A DNA stretch of 64,000 nucleotides, taken from contig CBDDFZ010000001.1 in assembly GCA_965227515.1 (NCBI GenBank), positions 2,784,001-2,848,000 of the forward strand. The letters are read 5' to 3'. Origin of the DNA: Alphaproteobacteria bacterium. GTDB taxonomy: Bacteria; Pseudomonadota; Alphaproteobacteria; CALKHQ01. Positions 49,756 to 60,912 of the stretch are shown in pieces (the first letter of the stretch is position 1; each line of letters begins with the position of its first letter). The notes beneath the pieces were generated by a model. That model ran no database searches, was not told where the DNA came from, and worked only from the letters and a program-made list of their open reading frames with translations. The translations under genes and the position numbers were made by a program.

Positions 49756-49806
49756 GCGAGGGCTCAACAATCTTATCTGCCGGAATAAGGCCGCCAGAGC
49801 AGTGGG

Positions 49807-50142
49807 TTAGGAAACGATTCTGAGCTGGCGCTGGAACATTGACAGCGCGTCCTGCAGCGACGCCGAGCGGTGCAGCCGGCGCGGTCCCTCGAACACCATG
49901 AACTCGCACTGGCCGGACTTGCGCACCGGCACCTTGCAGATGCGATAGAGCGGGCCCTCGGCGCTGTGCCGGAAGATCGAGAAGGTCGCGCGCCCGCGCC
50001 CCATGTCGATGGCATAGTCGCGCCACTCGCCGCTCATCACCCGGCGGCTGTAGAGGGACAACAGCTTGTTCAATTCCGGGCGGGTGAACGCAACGACGCC
50101 GCGACGGCGCCGCTCATCGGAAAGGCGTATCACCACACTCAT
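49807..50142 (-). CDS. DUF2794 family protein
   Basis: FTRPELNKLLSLYSRRVMSGEWRDYAID...FSIFR...PLYRI. Confidence 0.88.
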   Translation of the reverse strand: MSVVIRLSDERRRRGVVAFTRPELNKLLSLYSRRVMSGEWRDYAIDMGRGRATFSIFRHSAEGPLYRICKVPVRKSGQCEFMVFEGPRRLHRSASLQDALSMFQRQLRIVS

Positions 50143-50285
50143 CTGGCGCGCAGGTTCCTTCGCATTGGGTCGCCGGCAAACCATGCGTAAGCCGGGCCGG
50201 AAGCCGGATCGAACGAGACAGTTTTTCCGATTTTGCCGGCCGAGTCCAGCACGCCGGACAGGGCGGGGCAGGTGGACCGCGCGCG

Positions 50286-50633
50286 TCAGCTGACCGGGCG
50301 GTCGTCATTCTGGAACGGGTCCGGCTCGGCGTAGCAGCTCACTTCGCCAAGTGTCTGATAACAATGATAGACAGGGCCTTCCACCGGTGCCGTGACCTCG
50401 TCGACGCAATAGGGGTTGCCACGCTCGAACGCGATGGTCGAGCAGTCCATGCCGGTGGCGTAGGAGACGGCATGGTCCATCAGCGTCTTGCGGGTGGTAT
50501 TGAGCGAGATGAGGGATGCACCGGCCAGGTAGGGCGAGCAGCCGGCAGCCGTCAGCAGCAGGAGGCCGGCGGCGCCGATTGTACGGGCCAAGCCGCGAGT
50601 GTCAGAACCGTGTGCGCCGAAACCGCGAACCAT
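50286..50633 (-). CDS. Small Cys-rich hypothetical lipoprotein
   Basis: AAGC; KTLMDHAVSYATGMDCS; HCYQTLGEVSCY; start uncertain. Confidence 0.7.
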   Translation of the reverse strand: MVRGFGAHGSDTRGLARTIGAAGLLLLTAAGCSPYLAGASLISLNTTRKTLMDHAVSYATGMDCSTIAFERGNPYCVDEVTAPVEGPVYHCYQTLGEVSCYAEPDPFQNDDRPVS

Positions 50634-50917
50634 GTGTCGGAACCCCTGTGCCTGAGAGTATCGATCGACGTAAGGGCCGGACAAATGACCCACACGACCC
50701 GATCGAAGCCTTCTAGCGCAGACATGGTTTCCGCCCGGTTACCGGCGCCGCCATGTTTCCCGCCGGATATCGGGCCCGCACGTCAGGGTTTCCTTGTGTT
50801 CGGCGGCAGCATGAATAGTATCCGGCCATCATAACGTCACACGGTGTTCACGCGGGCTGAAACCGCGGGCCGATGCCCGGCCAACCATCGGCACCGGCAA
50901 CCATCGGGGGGAGCAAC

Positions 50918-51475
50918 ATGGCTGCGAGTACGCCGATTTGCGATTTCGGATGGAAGGCTGTCGATTTCTCGCTGCCGGGTGTCGATGGCCGCGACTGGAG
51001 CCTGGCCGATATCAGGGGCGCGCGCGCGACCCTGGTGATGTTCATCTGCAATCATTGCCCCTATGTGGTGGGGACTGCGGACCGCATTGCCGCGGTCTGC
51101 GCCGAGCTGAAGGGCCACGGCGTTGGCGCCATCGCCATCAACGCCAACGATGCGGCCAACTATCCGGCGGATTCGTTCGCGAACATGAAGCCGTTCGCCG
51201 ACCGCTACGGCTTCGGCTTCCCCTATGTGTACGACGCCAGCCAGGCGACTGCGCGGGCCTATGACGCTGTGTGCACGCCGGACTTCTTCGGCTTCGATGC
51301 CGATCTGGGCCTGCAATATCGCGGCCGTCTGGACAGCGGCGGTCGGGGGCCGCTGCCGGCCGACGGCACCCGCGACCTTTTCGACGCCATGGTGCGTGTT
51401 GCCGAAACCGGCCAGGGGCCGCGCGAACAGGTGCCGTCCATGGGCTGTAGCATTAAATGGAAGGCTGCCGCCTAG
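50918..51475 (+). CDS. Thioredoxin-like (AhpC/TSA) protein
   Basis: FICNHCPYV, AVCTPDFF, PSMGCSIKWK. Confidence 0.92.
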   Translation: MAASTPICDFGWKAVDFSLPGVDGRDWSLADIRGARATLVMFICNHCPYVVGTADRIAAVCAELKGHGVGAIAINANDAANYPADSFANMKPFADRYGFGFPYVYDASQATARAYDAVCTPDFFGFDADLGLQYRGRLDSGGRGPLPADGTRDLFDAMVRVAETGQGPREQVPSMGCSIKWKAAA

Positions 51476-51543
51476 GCTGTGCAGGCCGTCTCCGCCTCAT
51501 CGCGGGACGGCGCGCGCCAGGACGCTAAATTCGGGAGAAACCG

Positions 51544-52719
51544 TTGGCCGACATTTTTCAACAGGTAGACGAGAGCCTGCGCGAGGAGCGCCTGAAGGGC
51601 CTTTGGCGCCGCTATGGTTGGATGCTGATCCTCGGCGTGGTGCTCATCGTCGGCGGCACGGCCGCCATCGTCGGCTGGCGCGCCTATGAGCAGAGCGAGG
51701 CCGAGGACCAGACCGATGCCTATCTGACCGTTCTGGCCGAGGCCGGCGACGACGGCGCCGCGGTCGCGGAGGCGCTGATCGCGTTTGCCGAAGAGCGCGA
51801 CGGCGGCATCGCTGCGCTGGCGCAAATGCATGCGGCCGGCCTGACCGCGCAAGCTGGCGATACGGCGGGGGCGGTCAGGCAATACGATCTCGTCGCCGAC
51901 AACACCGATTTGCCGAAGTCGATCCGCGATGCGGCGCGGATCATGGCGGCGCTGCACGCGTTCGACCTGGAAACGAGTGCGGAGGTGCGCAGCCGGATCA
52001 TCGGCCTGGAAGACCCGGCCAGCCCATGGCGCCACAGCGCGCGCGAGATCCTGGCCATGCTGGCGCTGCGCGACGGGGACGCAGACACGGCGATCAGTGA
52101 GTTGACCGCGATCATCGAAGACGTCGATGCGCCGCGCAACATCAGGGTGCGCGCCAACGAGCTGTTGCAGGCGCTCGCCCCGCCGGAAGAAGCGGAAGAG
52201 CCGGCGGAAGACGAGGCTGACGCACCCGCCGAGGATGCCGCCGACGCACCGGCCGAGGACGCCGCCGACGCGCCTGCCGAGGACGCCGCCGACACGCCCG
52301 CCGAGGACGCCGCCGACGCGCCGGCCGAGGACGCCGCCGACGCGCCCGCCGAGGACGCTGCCGACGCACCGGCCGAGGATGCTGCTGACACCCCCGCCGA
52401 GGATGCGGCCGACGCGCCCGCCGAGGACGCCGCCGACACGCCCGCCGAGGACGCCGCCGACACGCCCGCCGAGGACGCCGCCGACGCGCCGGCCGAGGAT
52501 GCCGCTGACGCGCCTGCGGAGGACGCGGCCGACGCGCCCGCCGAGGACGCCGCCGACACGCCGGCCGAAGATGCCGCCGACACGCCTGCGGAGGACGCCG
52601 CTGACGCGCCGGCTGAGGACGCCGCTGACACCCCCGCCGAGAATGCCGCCGACACGCCTGCCGAGGATGCCGCCGACGCGCCTGAGGAGGACGTCGTAGA
52701 GGGCGAGGGGGCGCAATGA
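51544..52719 (+). CDS. YfgM-like TPR membrane protein with acidic repeat tail
   Basis: DIFQQVDESLREERLKGLWRRYG; upstream of bamB-like gene and der. Confidence 0.88.
   Translation: MADIFQQVDESLREERLKGLWRRYGWMLILGVVLIVGGTAAIVGWRAYEQSEAEDQTDAYLTVLAEAGDDGAAVAEALIAFAEERDGGIAALAQMHAAGLTAQAGDTAGAVRQYDLVADNTDLPKSIRDAARIMAALHAFDLETSAEVRSRIIGLEDPASPWRHSAREILAMLALRDGDADTAISELTAIIEDVDAPRNIRVRANELLQALAPPEEAEEPAEDEADAPAEDAADAPAEDAADAPAEDAADTPAEDAADAPAEDAADAPAEDAADAPAEDAADTPAEDAADAPAEDAADTPAEDAADTPAEDAADAPAEDAADAPAEDAADAPAEDAADTPAEDAADTPAEDAADAPAEDAADTPAENAADTPAEDAADAPEEDVVEGEGAQ
52201..52680 (+). repeat. Coding tandem repeat, 20 x 24 bp (PAEDAAD[A/T])
   Basis: Direct reading of 480 bp of in-frame repeats. 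Confidence 0.95.
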
Positions 52720-54077
52720 CGAAGGTCGCGCAACAGGAACTGTCGATTTCGGCGGCCGGCCGGCGGCGGTGCGCGTGTTTGGCGTCTGCGGCCCTGGCAC
52801 TTGCGCTGGGCGGATGCGACACCTGGTTCGGTGAGTTCGAAGGCGCGCAGCTTGAAGGCGACCGTCAGGCGGCCTTGGGCGAGCAGGTTTCGGTCTCGGT
52901 CGATCCTGAGGTGGCTTCGATACCCGTCACCCTGCCGCTGGAGATGTCGGAGTCCTGGCCCCAGGCCGGCGGCAATGCGGCCCATGCGCCGTATCGCATG
53001 GCCGGCAGCGCGACCCTGTCGCTCCTGTGGTCGAGCGACATTGGCTCCGGCGCTGATTCGGAGAACCGTTTGCTCGCGCAGCCGGTGGTCGGTGGCGGGC
53101 GCATCTATGCGATGGACTCCGACGGCGAGGTAGCCGCGTTCGATGCCAACACCGGCAACGAGGTGTGGCGGCAGGAGGTGCTGCCGGAGGAGGAGGACGA
53201 GGGCGATCTCGGCGGCGGCCTCGGCTTCTGGCAGGACACGCTGTACGTCACCACTGGCGCTGCGCAGGCGCTGGCGCTGGACCCGTCGACCGGTGCGGTG
53301 ATCTGGGAAACCAGGCTGCCCGGGCCGTCCCGCGCGGCCCCCACCATTGCCGACCGGCGCGTGTTCGCGGTCACCGCCGACAACCGCACCATCGTGATGG
53401 ATTCTCAGACCGGCGAGCGGCTGTGGTCCCATGTCGGGGCCAGCGAGGGCGCCGGCCTGCTGGGGGCTGCCAACCCGGCCGTCATCGGGCAGGTGGCGAT
53501 CGCGCCCTACACGTCTGGCGAGCTCTACGCGCTGCGGGTGGAGAACGGACGCGACCTGTGGTCGGACACGCTGGCCTCGGTGCGGCTGTCGGACACCATT
53601 TCGGCGATCGCGCAGATCCGCGCCCGGCCGGTGGCCGATGGCGACCGCATTTATGCGATCAGCTTCAACGGGCGGCTCGCGGCCATCGACCTGCGCACCG
53701 GCGGGCGCTTGTGGGAGCAGAACATCGGCGGCATCTCCACGCCGTGGGCGACGTCCGATTCGCTGTACGTGGTCGACAACGACCAGCGGCTCTTTTGCCT
53801 GACCAGGGCCGACGGCCGCGCGCGCTGGGTGACCCAGCTTCCGGCCTACGAGGACCCCGAGGACCATGACGATCCGATCCGTTGGGTCGGACCGGTGCTG
53901 GTGGGCGAGCGGTTGGTGCTGGCGAGTTCCGACGGCCGCGCCGTGGCGGTCTCGCCCTATGACGGCACAGTCGCGGTGCAGGTCGAGCTGTCCGGGCCGG
54001 TAACGCTGGAGCCGATTGCCGCCGGCGGCATCATCTACCTGCTCACCGACGACGCCAACCTGCTGGCCCTGCGCTGA
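52716..54077 (+). CDS. PQQ-like beta-propeller lipoprotein (BamB-like)
   Basis: LGGC lipobox; repeated A.D..TG...W motifs; yfgM-bamB-der synteny. Confidence 0.88.
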   Translation: MTKVAQQELSISAAGRRRCACLASAALALALGGCDTWFGEFEGAQLEGDRQAALGEQVSVSVDPEVASIPVTLPLEMSESWPQAGGNAAHAPYRMAGSATLSLLWSSDIGSGADSENRLLAQPVVGGGRIYAMDSDGEVAAFDANTGNEVWRQEVLPEEEDEGDLGGGLGFWQDTLYVTTGAAQALALDPSTGAVIWETRLPGPSRAAPTIADRRVFAVTADNRTIVMDSQTGERLWSHVGASEGAGLLGAANPAVIGQVAIAPYTSGELYALRVENGRDLWSDTLASVRLSDTISAIAQIRARPVADGDRIYAISFNGRLAAIDLRTGGRLWEQNIGGISTPWATSDSLYVVDNDQRLFCLTRADGRARWVTQLPAYEDPEDHDDPIRWVGPVLVGERLVLASSDGRAVAVSPYDGTVAVQVELSGPVTLEPIAAGGIIYLLTDDANLLALR

Positions 54078-55456
54078 GCGCCACCATCGCCATCGTCGGG
54101 CGGCCCAATGTGGGCAAGTCCACGCTGTTCAACCGGCTGGTCGGCCGGCGGGTGGCGCTGGTCGACGACACGCCGGGCGTTACCCGCGACCGGCGCGAGG
54201 GCGAGGCGACCCTGGGCGACCTGTCGTTCCGCCTGATCGATACCGCCGGACTGGAAGACGCCGACAAGGCCAGCCTGACCGGGCGCATGCAGGCGCAGAC
54301 CGAGGCCGCGGTGCGCGAGGCCGATGGCGTGCTGTTCGTGATCGACGCCCGCGCCGGCGTCACCGAGGCCGACCGCCACTTCGCGCTCTGGCTGCGGCGC
54401 TGTAACCGGCCGGTCGCCGTTGTCGCCAACAAGTGCGAGAGCCGGGCGGCGATGGACGGCGTGCTGGAGGCCCACGCACTGGGCTACGGCCAGCCGGTGC
54501 CGATCTCCGCCGAGCACAATGAGGGGCTTTCCGATCTCTACGACGCGGTCGCCGGCCTGCTGCAAGGGGCCGAGGCGACTGCGGCCGAAGAGCACGATGA
54601 ATTTGCCGACGCGTTCGAGGACGAGGACACCGACGACCCCTCCCGCCCGCTCAGGATCGCCGTCATCGGCCGGCCCAATGTCGGCAAGTCGACCTTGATC
54701 AACCGGCTGCTCGGCGAGGACCGCCTGCTGACCGGGCCGGAGGCCGGCATTACCCGCGATGCGATCCGGGTCGAGCATGTGCTGGGCGACCGCCCGGTCC
54801 AGCTCATCGATACCGCCGGCATGCGCCGCCGCGCCAACGTTACCGCCAAGCTGGAACGGATGTCGGTTGCCGATACCCTGCAGGCCGTGCGCTTCTGCGA
54901 GGTCGCCTGCGTGATGGTGGACGCGACCCAGATGTTCGAGCGGCAGGACCTGGCCATCGCCCAGATGGTGGTGAACCAGGGGCGCGCCATCGTCATCGTC
55001 GTCAACAAATGGGACCTGGTGCCGGACCGCAATGCGGCGGTGCGCGCCATGCACGAGGCCGTCGAGGAGTCGCTGCCGCAGGTGCGGGGTGTGCGGCTGG
55101 TGCGGCTGTCGGCGGAGACCGGGCGCGGGCTCGACAAGCTGTGGCCGGCAATTTCCGGCGCCTACGAGGTGTGGAACCGTCGCATCGAGACGTCGAGGCT
55201 CAATCGCTGGCTGGCCGAGGCGACCCAGCATCATCCGCCGCCGGCGCCGCGCGGCCGCCGGCTGCAACTGCGCTACATCACCCAGGTGAAGGCGCGCCCG
55301 CCGACCTTCGCGCTGTGGGTCAACCGGCCGGAAGAGCTGCCGACATCCTATCTGCGCTATCTGGTCAACGACCTGCGCGAGCGCTTCGACATGCCGGGCA
55401 CGCCGATCCGCCTGCTCACCCGCCGCGGCAAGAACCCCTACGCCAAGCGGAAATAG
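54074..55456 (+). CDS. der: Ribosome biogenesis GTPase Der (probable CTG start)
   Basis: Two [10 protein letters not shown]-loops, DTAG, NKWD; no ATG/GTG/TTG between the in-frame TGA at 53960 and the first P-loop. Confidence 0.95.
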   Translation: MSATIAIVGRPNVGKSTLFNRLVGRRVALVDDTPGVTRDRREGEATLGDLSFRLIDTAGLEDADKASLTGRMQAQTEAAVREADGVLFVIDARAGVTEADRHFALWLRRCNRPVAVVANKCESRAAMDGVLEAHALGYGQPVPISAEHNEGLSDLYDAVAGLLQGAEATAAEEHDEFADAFEDEDTDDPSRPLRIAVIGRPNVGKSTLINRLLGEDRLLTGPEAGITRDAIRVEHVLGDRPVQLIDTAGMRRRANVTAKLERMSVADTLQAVRFCEVACVMVDATQMFERQDLAIAQMVVNQGRAIVIVVNKWDLVPDRNAAVRAMHEAVEESLPQVRGVRLVRLSAETGRGLDKLWPAISGAYEVWNRRIETSRLNRWLAEATQHHPPPAPRGRRLQLRYITQVKARPPTFALWVNRPEELPTSYLRYLVNDLRERFDMPGTPIRLLTRRGKNPYAKRK

Positions 55457-55694
55457 GGAACGGCCGCAGTAGCGCCGCATTCCGGGTCCTTGAATCCGCG
55501 ATGCTTCGGCCTGCCGTCATCTCGCTTGCCCTGCTCGTCTGTGCGTCGGCGCATGCCGACGACCCGCGTCCCGATGACGCCAACTTCTGGTCCGCCGGAG
55601 CGTCGTATCTTCCGTCACCCTCCAGCCTTCATGAAATTCGTTCGAGGTCACATCCCGCCGGCAGTCTGTTAAAGACGCGTGAACTCAGTTCATC

Positions 55695-55869
55695 GTCGCC
55701 CTCGCGCTTGTCGCGAGGGCCCATTCGCGGGGCGGTCCGGGTCGGTGCCGATCGAATCAGGCACCGTTGGCCCATCGAATTCAGTTAGCCGCCACACCGG
55801 GCTGCGATTTTCCTTAACCTATTGATGTACGGCACATAAATGGGTCCTCGCCACAAGGGCGAGGACGAC
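55695..55869. repeat. Inverted REP doublet (REPIN-like)
   Basis: GTCGCCCTCGCGCTTGTCGCGAGGGCCCAT and inverted ATGGGTCCTCGCCACAAGGGCGAGGACGAC about 115 bp apart. Confidence 0.75.
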
Positions 55870-55947
55870 AGTTCTCTATTATTGGAGGTATCGAGCGACC
55901 AGGCCGCAAGATGTGAATCAGGTGACCCTTGGGGAGGGGGAGACGCC

Positions 55948-56694
55948 CTACGCGTTCAGATCCAGGATGCCGTCGGTCGGCAGGTCGTCGGCGGCGATGC
56001 GCGCGGCGAGCCTTTCGGCGATGTCGGCCGGGTCTGCGGCCTTGCCTTCCGGCTCGCCGGGGAAGGCGGTGGCGCGCAGCCGGGTCGCCATCGGGCCGGG
56101 CGCCACCAGGTGCGCGCGGGTGCCGGTCTTGCGCACTTCGCTGGCCCAGCCGGCCACCAGTGCCTCCAGCCCCGCCTTGCTGGCGGCGTAGGCGCCCCAG
56201 TAGGGCGGCGAGAGACTGTGGATGCGGTCGGTGACGAAGATCGCCCGCCCCGCCGGCGCGTGGCGCAGCAACGGGTCGAGCGTGCGCAGCAGGCGGAAGG
56301 TCGCGGTGAGGTTCACGGCGATCACCTGGTCCCAGTCCGCCGCATCGCAATGGCCCAGCGGCGTCAGCGGCCCGAGGGTGGCGGCGGCGTGCACCAGCGT
56401 GTCGATATGGCCGAAGCGGGCGTGCAGGGCGGGGCCGAGCTGGTCGACCTTCTCGACGTCGGTCAGGTCCAGCGGCACCAGGGTTGCGGCCCGGCCGGTC
56501 GCCTTGGTGACCTTGTCGTCCACCTCCTCCAGCCCGCCGACAGTGCGCGCGGTCAGGATGAGCTGGGTGTCGGGCGCGGCAAGCGCTTGGGCGACGGCGG
56601 CGCCGAAGCCGCGCGAGGCACCGGTGATGAGAATGCGCCTGTTGATGGGCGTGGCGTTGTTTCCGTTGCTTGTGGGGTGTACCTCAACTGTCAA
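55948..56694 (-). CDS. SDR family oxidoreductase (YciK-like)
   Basis: ITGASRGFG, YWGAYAASKAGLE, AFPGE; AGGAG RBS before TTG. Confidence 0.88.
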   Translation of the reverse strand: MTVEVHPTSNGNNATPINRRILITGASRGFGAAVAQALAAPDTQLILTARTVGGLEEVDDKVTKATGRAATLVPLDLTDVEKVDQLGPALHARFGHIDTLVHAAATLGPLTPLGHCDAADWDQVIAVNLTATFRLLRTLDPLLRHAPAGRAIFVTDRIHSLSPPYWGAYAASKAGLEALVAGWASEVRKTGTRAHLVAPGPMATRLRATAFPGEPEGKAADPADIAERLAARIAADDLPTDGILDLNA

Positions 56695-56745
56695 TCGAGC
56701 GGCTCCTACTACCAGTCAGATCCATATGTATTGCGGAGAGGTGCA

Positions 56746-58308
56746 TCAACCACCCTTGGAAATGAGATTTCGCTTGAGGTGGTAAAACCGATGACGGCTT
56801 CTGGGCTTGCCCGGAGATCGGACAATGATTTTCTTTTGCTCAAGTCCATCCAATACAATTTTCGTTCTTCTCCAATCTAATGCAATTACCAGACCTGCAT
56901 CCTGAACATTAACTTTGTCATTGTCAACTAGATAATTCACAATCATCTTCTCGCTTTCTGTGAGAGACGAATATACATCTGGATTAATTCCAACTGCAGC
57001 TTCAGATCGAACATACATTTTTCTGTGTTCTGCATTGTTTTGTAAGGTTACGCTGACTTGAAATTGCCCCGCAGTTCTTTGTACAAAAATTGGATCGGGC
57101 AGATTTGCCTCGCGCATAACGGATCGCATTCTTCGTGTGCCTTCAAATGCACACTGAACAAAATCAAAATAATACAATGCCCACATTGTATTCGGATTTC
57201 GAGGGTTGTGTGCGTCGTATACAGTTTCGGGTGTGGTGGGAGGTAGGAATGAACCAGGTGACTCTACAACAAATTTATCCTCAAACATCTTTACGAAAAT
57301 GTTCATATTTCGTAAATTGTAAGATCGATGAACGACGGCGTTCACAACCGCTTCCAGCCAAACTTCTTTGGGATATTCCGGGTTTGTAGCAAATCTCCCA
57401 TCCGCGTCAAGTCTAGTGAAGTTTCTGATTTGTGATTCGATATATTTTTGAGCTCTCAGGATTTGGAAAGGAAGTGGGCCATCAAAACTCCGATCAGCAA
57501 CGGAATTTAGTCGCTGTCCAAATTGTTCCTCTGTCCCATCGTATCTGATCACCCGAATAAAAGCACCAGGTACTATTGATCGTGGATCGCGTGAGAATAG
57601 TAGGGCGCACGCTAGGTTTGCTTTAAAGTTGCTTCCGATTTTCTTGCCAAGCTTGCTCAATGTGAGTATGTCTTCTATGGTATATCGGCTCGACAGTTGG
57701 CGCTTGTCAATGTACCGATCTCTATACATGGCGAGTAGATCGAGATCAAAATCTGTAGGAAAGTGCAGAATTGTGGCCTCAGCTTCCACATCGACTTCAC
57801 CTTTGCTCAGTCGAATCTCTCGCTTCTCAGATTCGGTTAGCGTTCTTTTTCTGTCTCCTTCCCGAATAAATGCTTTGCCATCAGAAGTTTCAACCAATTT
57901 ATCCTCGCGATAATATATTCTCATAGCTAGGATGAAATCATCTTCGCCATTTTTATTTTCTACGGAAACTCTTTTTACTTCAAGTCTAGCGTCCCCACAA
58001 ATTGTCCTGACTGCTTCCAGATCATTCAGATGTTTTTGCTCAACTCCTTTGCACCCAACGATGCTTCCATCATCTGCGATACCCAAAAACACGATGCCAC
58101 CTGCAGGAAGCGTATTGGCCCACATGGACACATACTCAGCCAGCAACTTCTGGCTTACAGACGCTCGCTTTCTTTCAACCCTGCTATCTTCACCGAATTG
58201 GTGAATGATATCCTCGGCACAGGAGTTGAAGATATCATCTGGAGTCCATAACTGCGGGAGGGTCGTCTGTGGCGTCGCGAAGTCGAGTTCCAGTTGTGAG
58301 TTTTGCAT
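56746..58308 (-). CDS. Schlafen/AlbA_2 domain + HATPase_c_4 (RecG C-terminal-like) + wHTH protein, AT-rich
   Basis: RVERK, SMWANT..GGIVFLGIADDG; YPKEVWLEAVVNAVVHRSY, ESPG, PRNP, EGTRRM. Confidence 0.85.
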   Translation of the reverse strand: MQNSQLELDFATPQTTLPQLWTPDDIFNSCAEDIIHQFGEDSRVERKRASVSQKLLAEYVSMWANTLPAGGIVFLGIADDGSIVGCKGVEQKHLNDLEAVRTICGDARLEVKRVSVENKNGEDDFILAMRIYYREDKLVETSDGKAFIREGDRKRTLTESEKREIRLSKGEVDVEAEATILHFPTDFDLDLLAMYRDRYIDKRQLSSRYTIEDILTLSKLGKKIGSNFKANLACALLFSRDPRSIVPGAFIRVIRYDGTEEQFGQRLNSVADRSFDGPLPFQILRAQKYIESQIRNFTRLDADGRFATNPEYPKEVWLEAVVNAVVHRSYNLRNMNIFVKMFEDKFVVESPGSFLPPTTPETVYDAHNPRNPNTMWALYYFDFVQCAFEGTRRMRSVMREANLPDPIFVQRTAGQFQVSVTLQNNAEHRKMYVRSEAAVGINPDVYSSLTESEKMIVNYLVDNDKVNVQDAGLVIALDWRRTKIVLDGLEQKKIIVRSPGKPRSRHRFYHLKRNLISKGG

Positions 58309-58463
58309 TTCAAACCTTGTCGACTTGGCCGGGATAGCTTAGCGATATCAAGGCGTTAGTCTCGACGCTCATCGTTGGCAAGGAGAGGGTATCACCTTTG
58401 GCTTCCAGGCGCATCTAGCGCTGAATGCGTGTGGCAGCGGTTCTCGATGTACCGACTTTGCCC

Positions 58464-59141
58464 TCACCGGCGCACGATGGCGTCGTAGTGAGGCCACTCG
58501 TACCGGCGCATGATCGACTTCGGGCTGCGGACCCGGCTGATCACCGCACCTTGCGACCGGAACTGTGTCTGGACGGCGTTGCGCCTTTTGCCGCTCGCTT
58601 CCTTCGCCATTTCGCCGGTCGCCTTATAGGCCTTGTCGGCTTCCTCGGCCACCTGCCGGCTGGCCTTGCGGCTGGCTTCCACCAGGCGCTGCGCGGCGCC
58701 CGTGCGCTTCGTGCCGACGGCCTGCACCGTGCGCTGGCGACCGCCACCGAACATGCCTTTCAGGATGCCGGTCAGGACGAAGCCGATCACAAGCCCGGCG
58801 CCGCCATAGATCAACTCGTCCTCGGTTTCCGGGACCCGGGGCTCGTACCAGTACGAGAACGTGTCGCCCATGCGGTCGCCGTCGCCATGCTCGATCAGCG
58901 CGAACGGCCAGCTCCACATCTCGCCGGAGAGATAGGCGTCCTCCAGCGCGTCATACTGGCGGTTCAGCGCGCGCAGCTCGAGCGCCGCGTTGGACCCGGC
59001 GCCGTCCTGCGCGGTGCCGCCATCGATCTGGCGCTGCAGGGCGTCGATGTCGCTGCCCAGGCTGTAGATGTAGCCGATGTAGTAGCTCGGGAACTGCGAG
59101 AACACGAACCCGATGGCAAGGACGACGATCCAGCGAAACAT
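58464..59141 (-). CDS. Membrane protein, DUF2937-like N-terminus, basic C-terminal tail
   Basis: FSQFPSYY...LG; second TM near residue 115; Arg/Lys-rich tail. Confidence 0.55.
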   Translation of the reverse strand: MFRWIVVLAIGFVFSQFPSYYIGYIYSLGSDIDALQRQIDGGTAQDGAGSNAALELRALNRQYDALEDAYLSGEMWSWPFALIEHGDGDRMGDTFSYWYEPRVPETEDELIYGGAGLVIGFVLTGILKGMFGGGRQRTVQAVGTKRTGAAQRLVEASRKASRQVAEEADKAYKATGEMAKEASGKRRNAVQTQFRSQGAVISRVRSPKSIMRRYEWPHYDAIVRR

Positions 59142-59154
59142 CTGCGACCCCCGC

Positions 59155-60594
<1,440 letters not shown>

Positions 60595-60598
60595 AGCT

Positions 60599-60871
60599 TA
60601 GAGCGTACTCGAGGTAATCGTGATCAATTCTGTTTCCAGTCCGGCGTGGCAGTCCACCAGGAGCGGTTCGCAGCGCGATGACGAAGCATCGGTCAAGGAC
60701 CGCGACGCAGCGGGTGCCCGCTGGATGGAAACCCTTGCGGGCCGGGTGCCATGTGCCGGAGGCCGCGTCGCTCGTCCTCGAATATGCTTAGGCATGTCCT
60801 TTGTCCTCGCTCCTAACCTCCGGCAAATGGCCCGCCGGCAGAATGACCGCGATTACCTTGAATACGCTCTA
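60599..60871. mobile_element. TA-flanked MITE-like element (273 bp including both TA)
   Basis: 28-bp TIRs TAGAGCGTACTCGAGGTAATCGTGATCA / TAGAGCGTATTCAAGGTAATCGCGGTCA (4 mismatches); internal hairpins. Confidence 0.8.
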
Positions 60872-60912
60872 GGTATGGATCTCCAAAGCCGGTAGGGGTC
60901 AGGCCGGTCGGG

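Noticed and set aside
52201-52680. Possible CRISPR array
   Set aside because: Contiguous 24-bp in-frame coding repeats without unique spacers; no cas genes in window.
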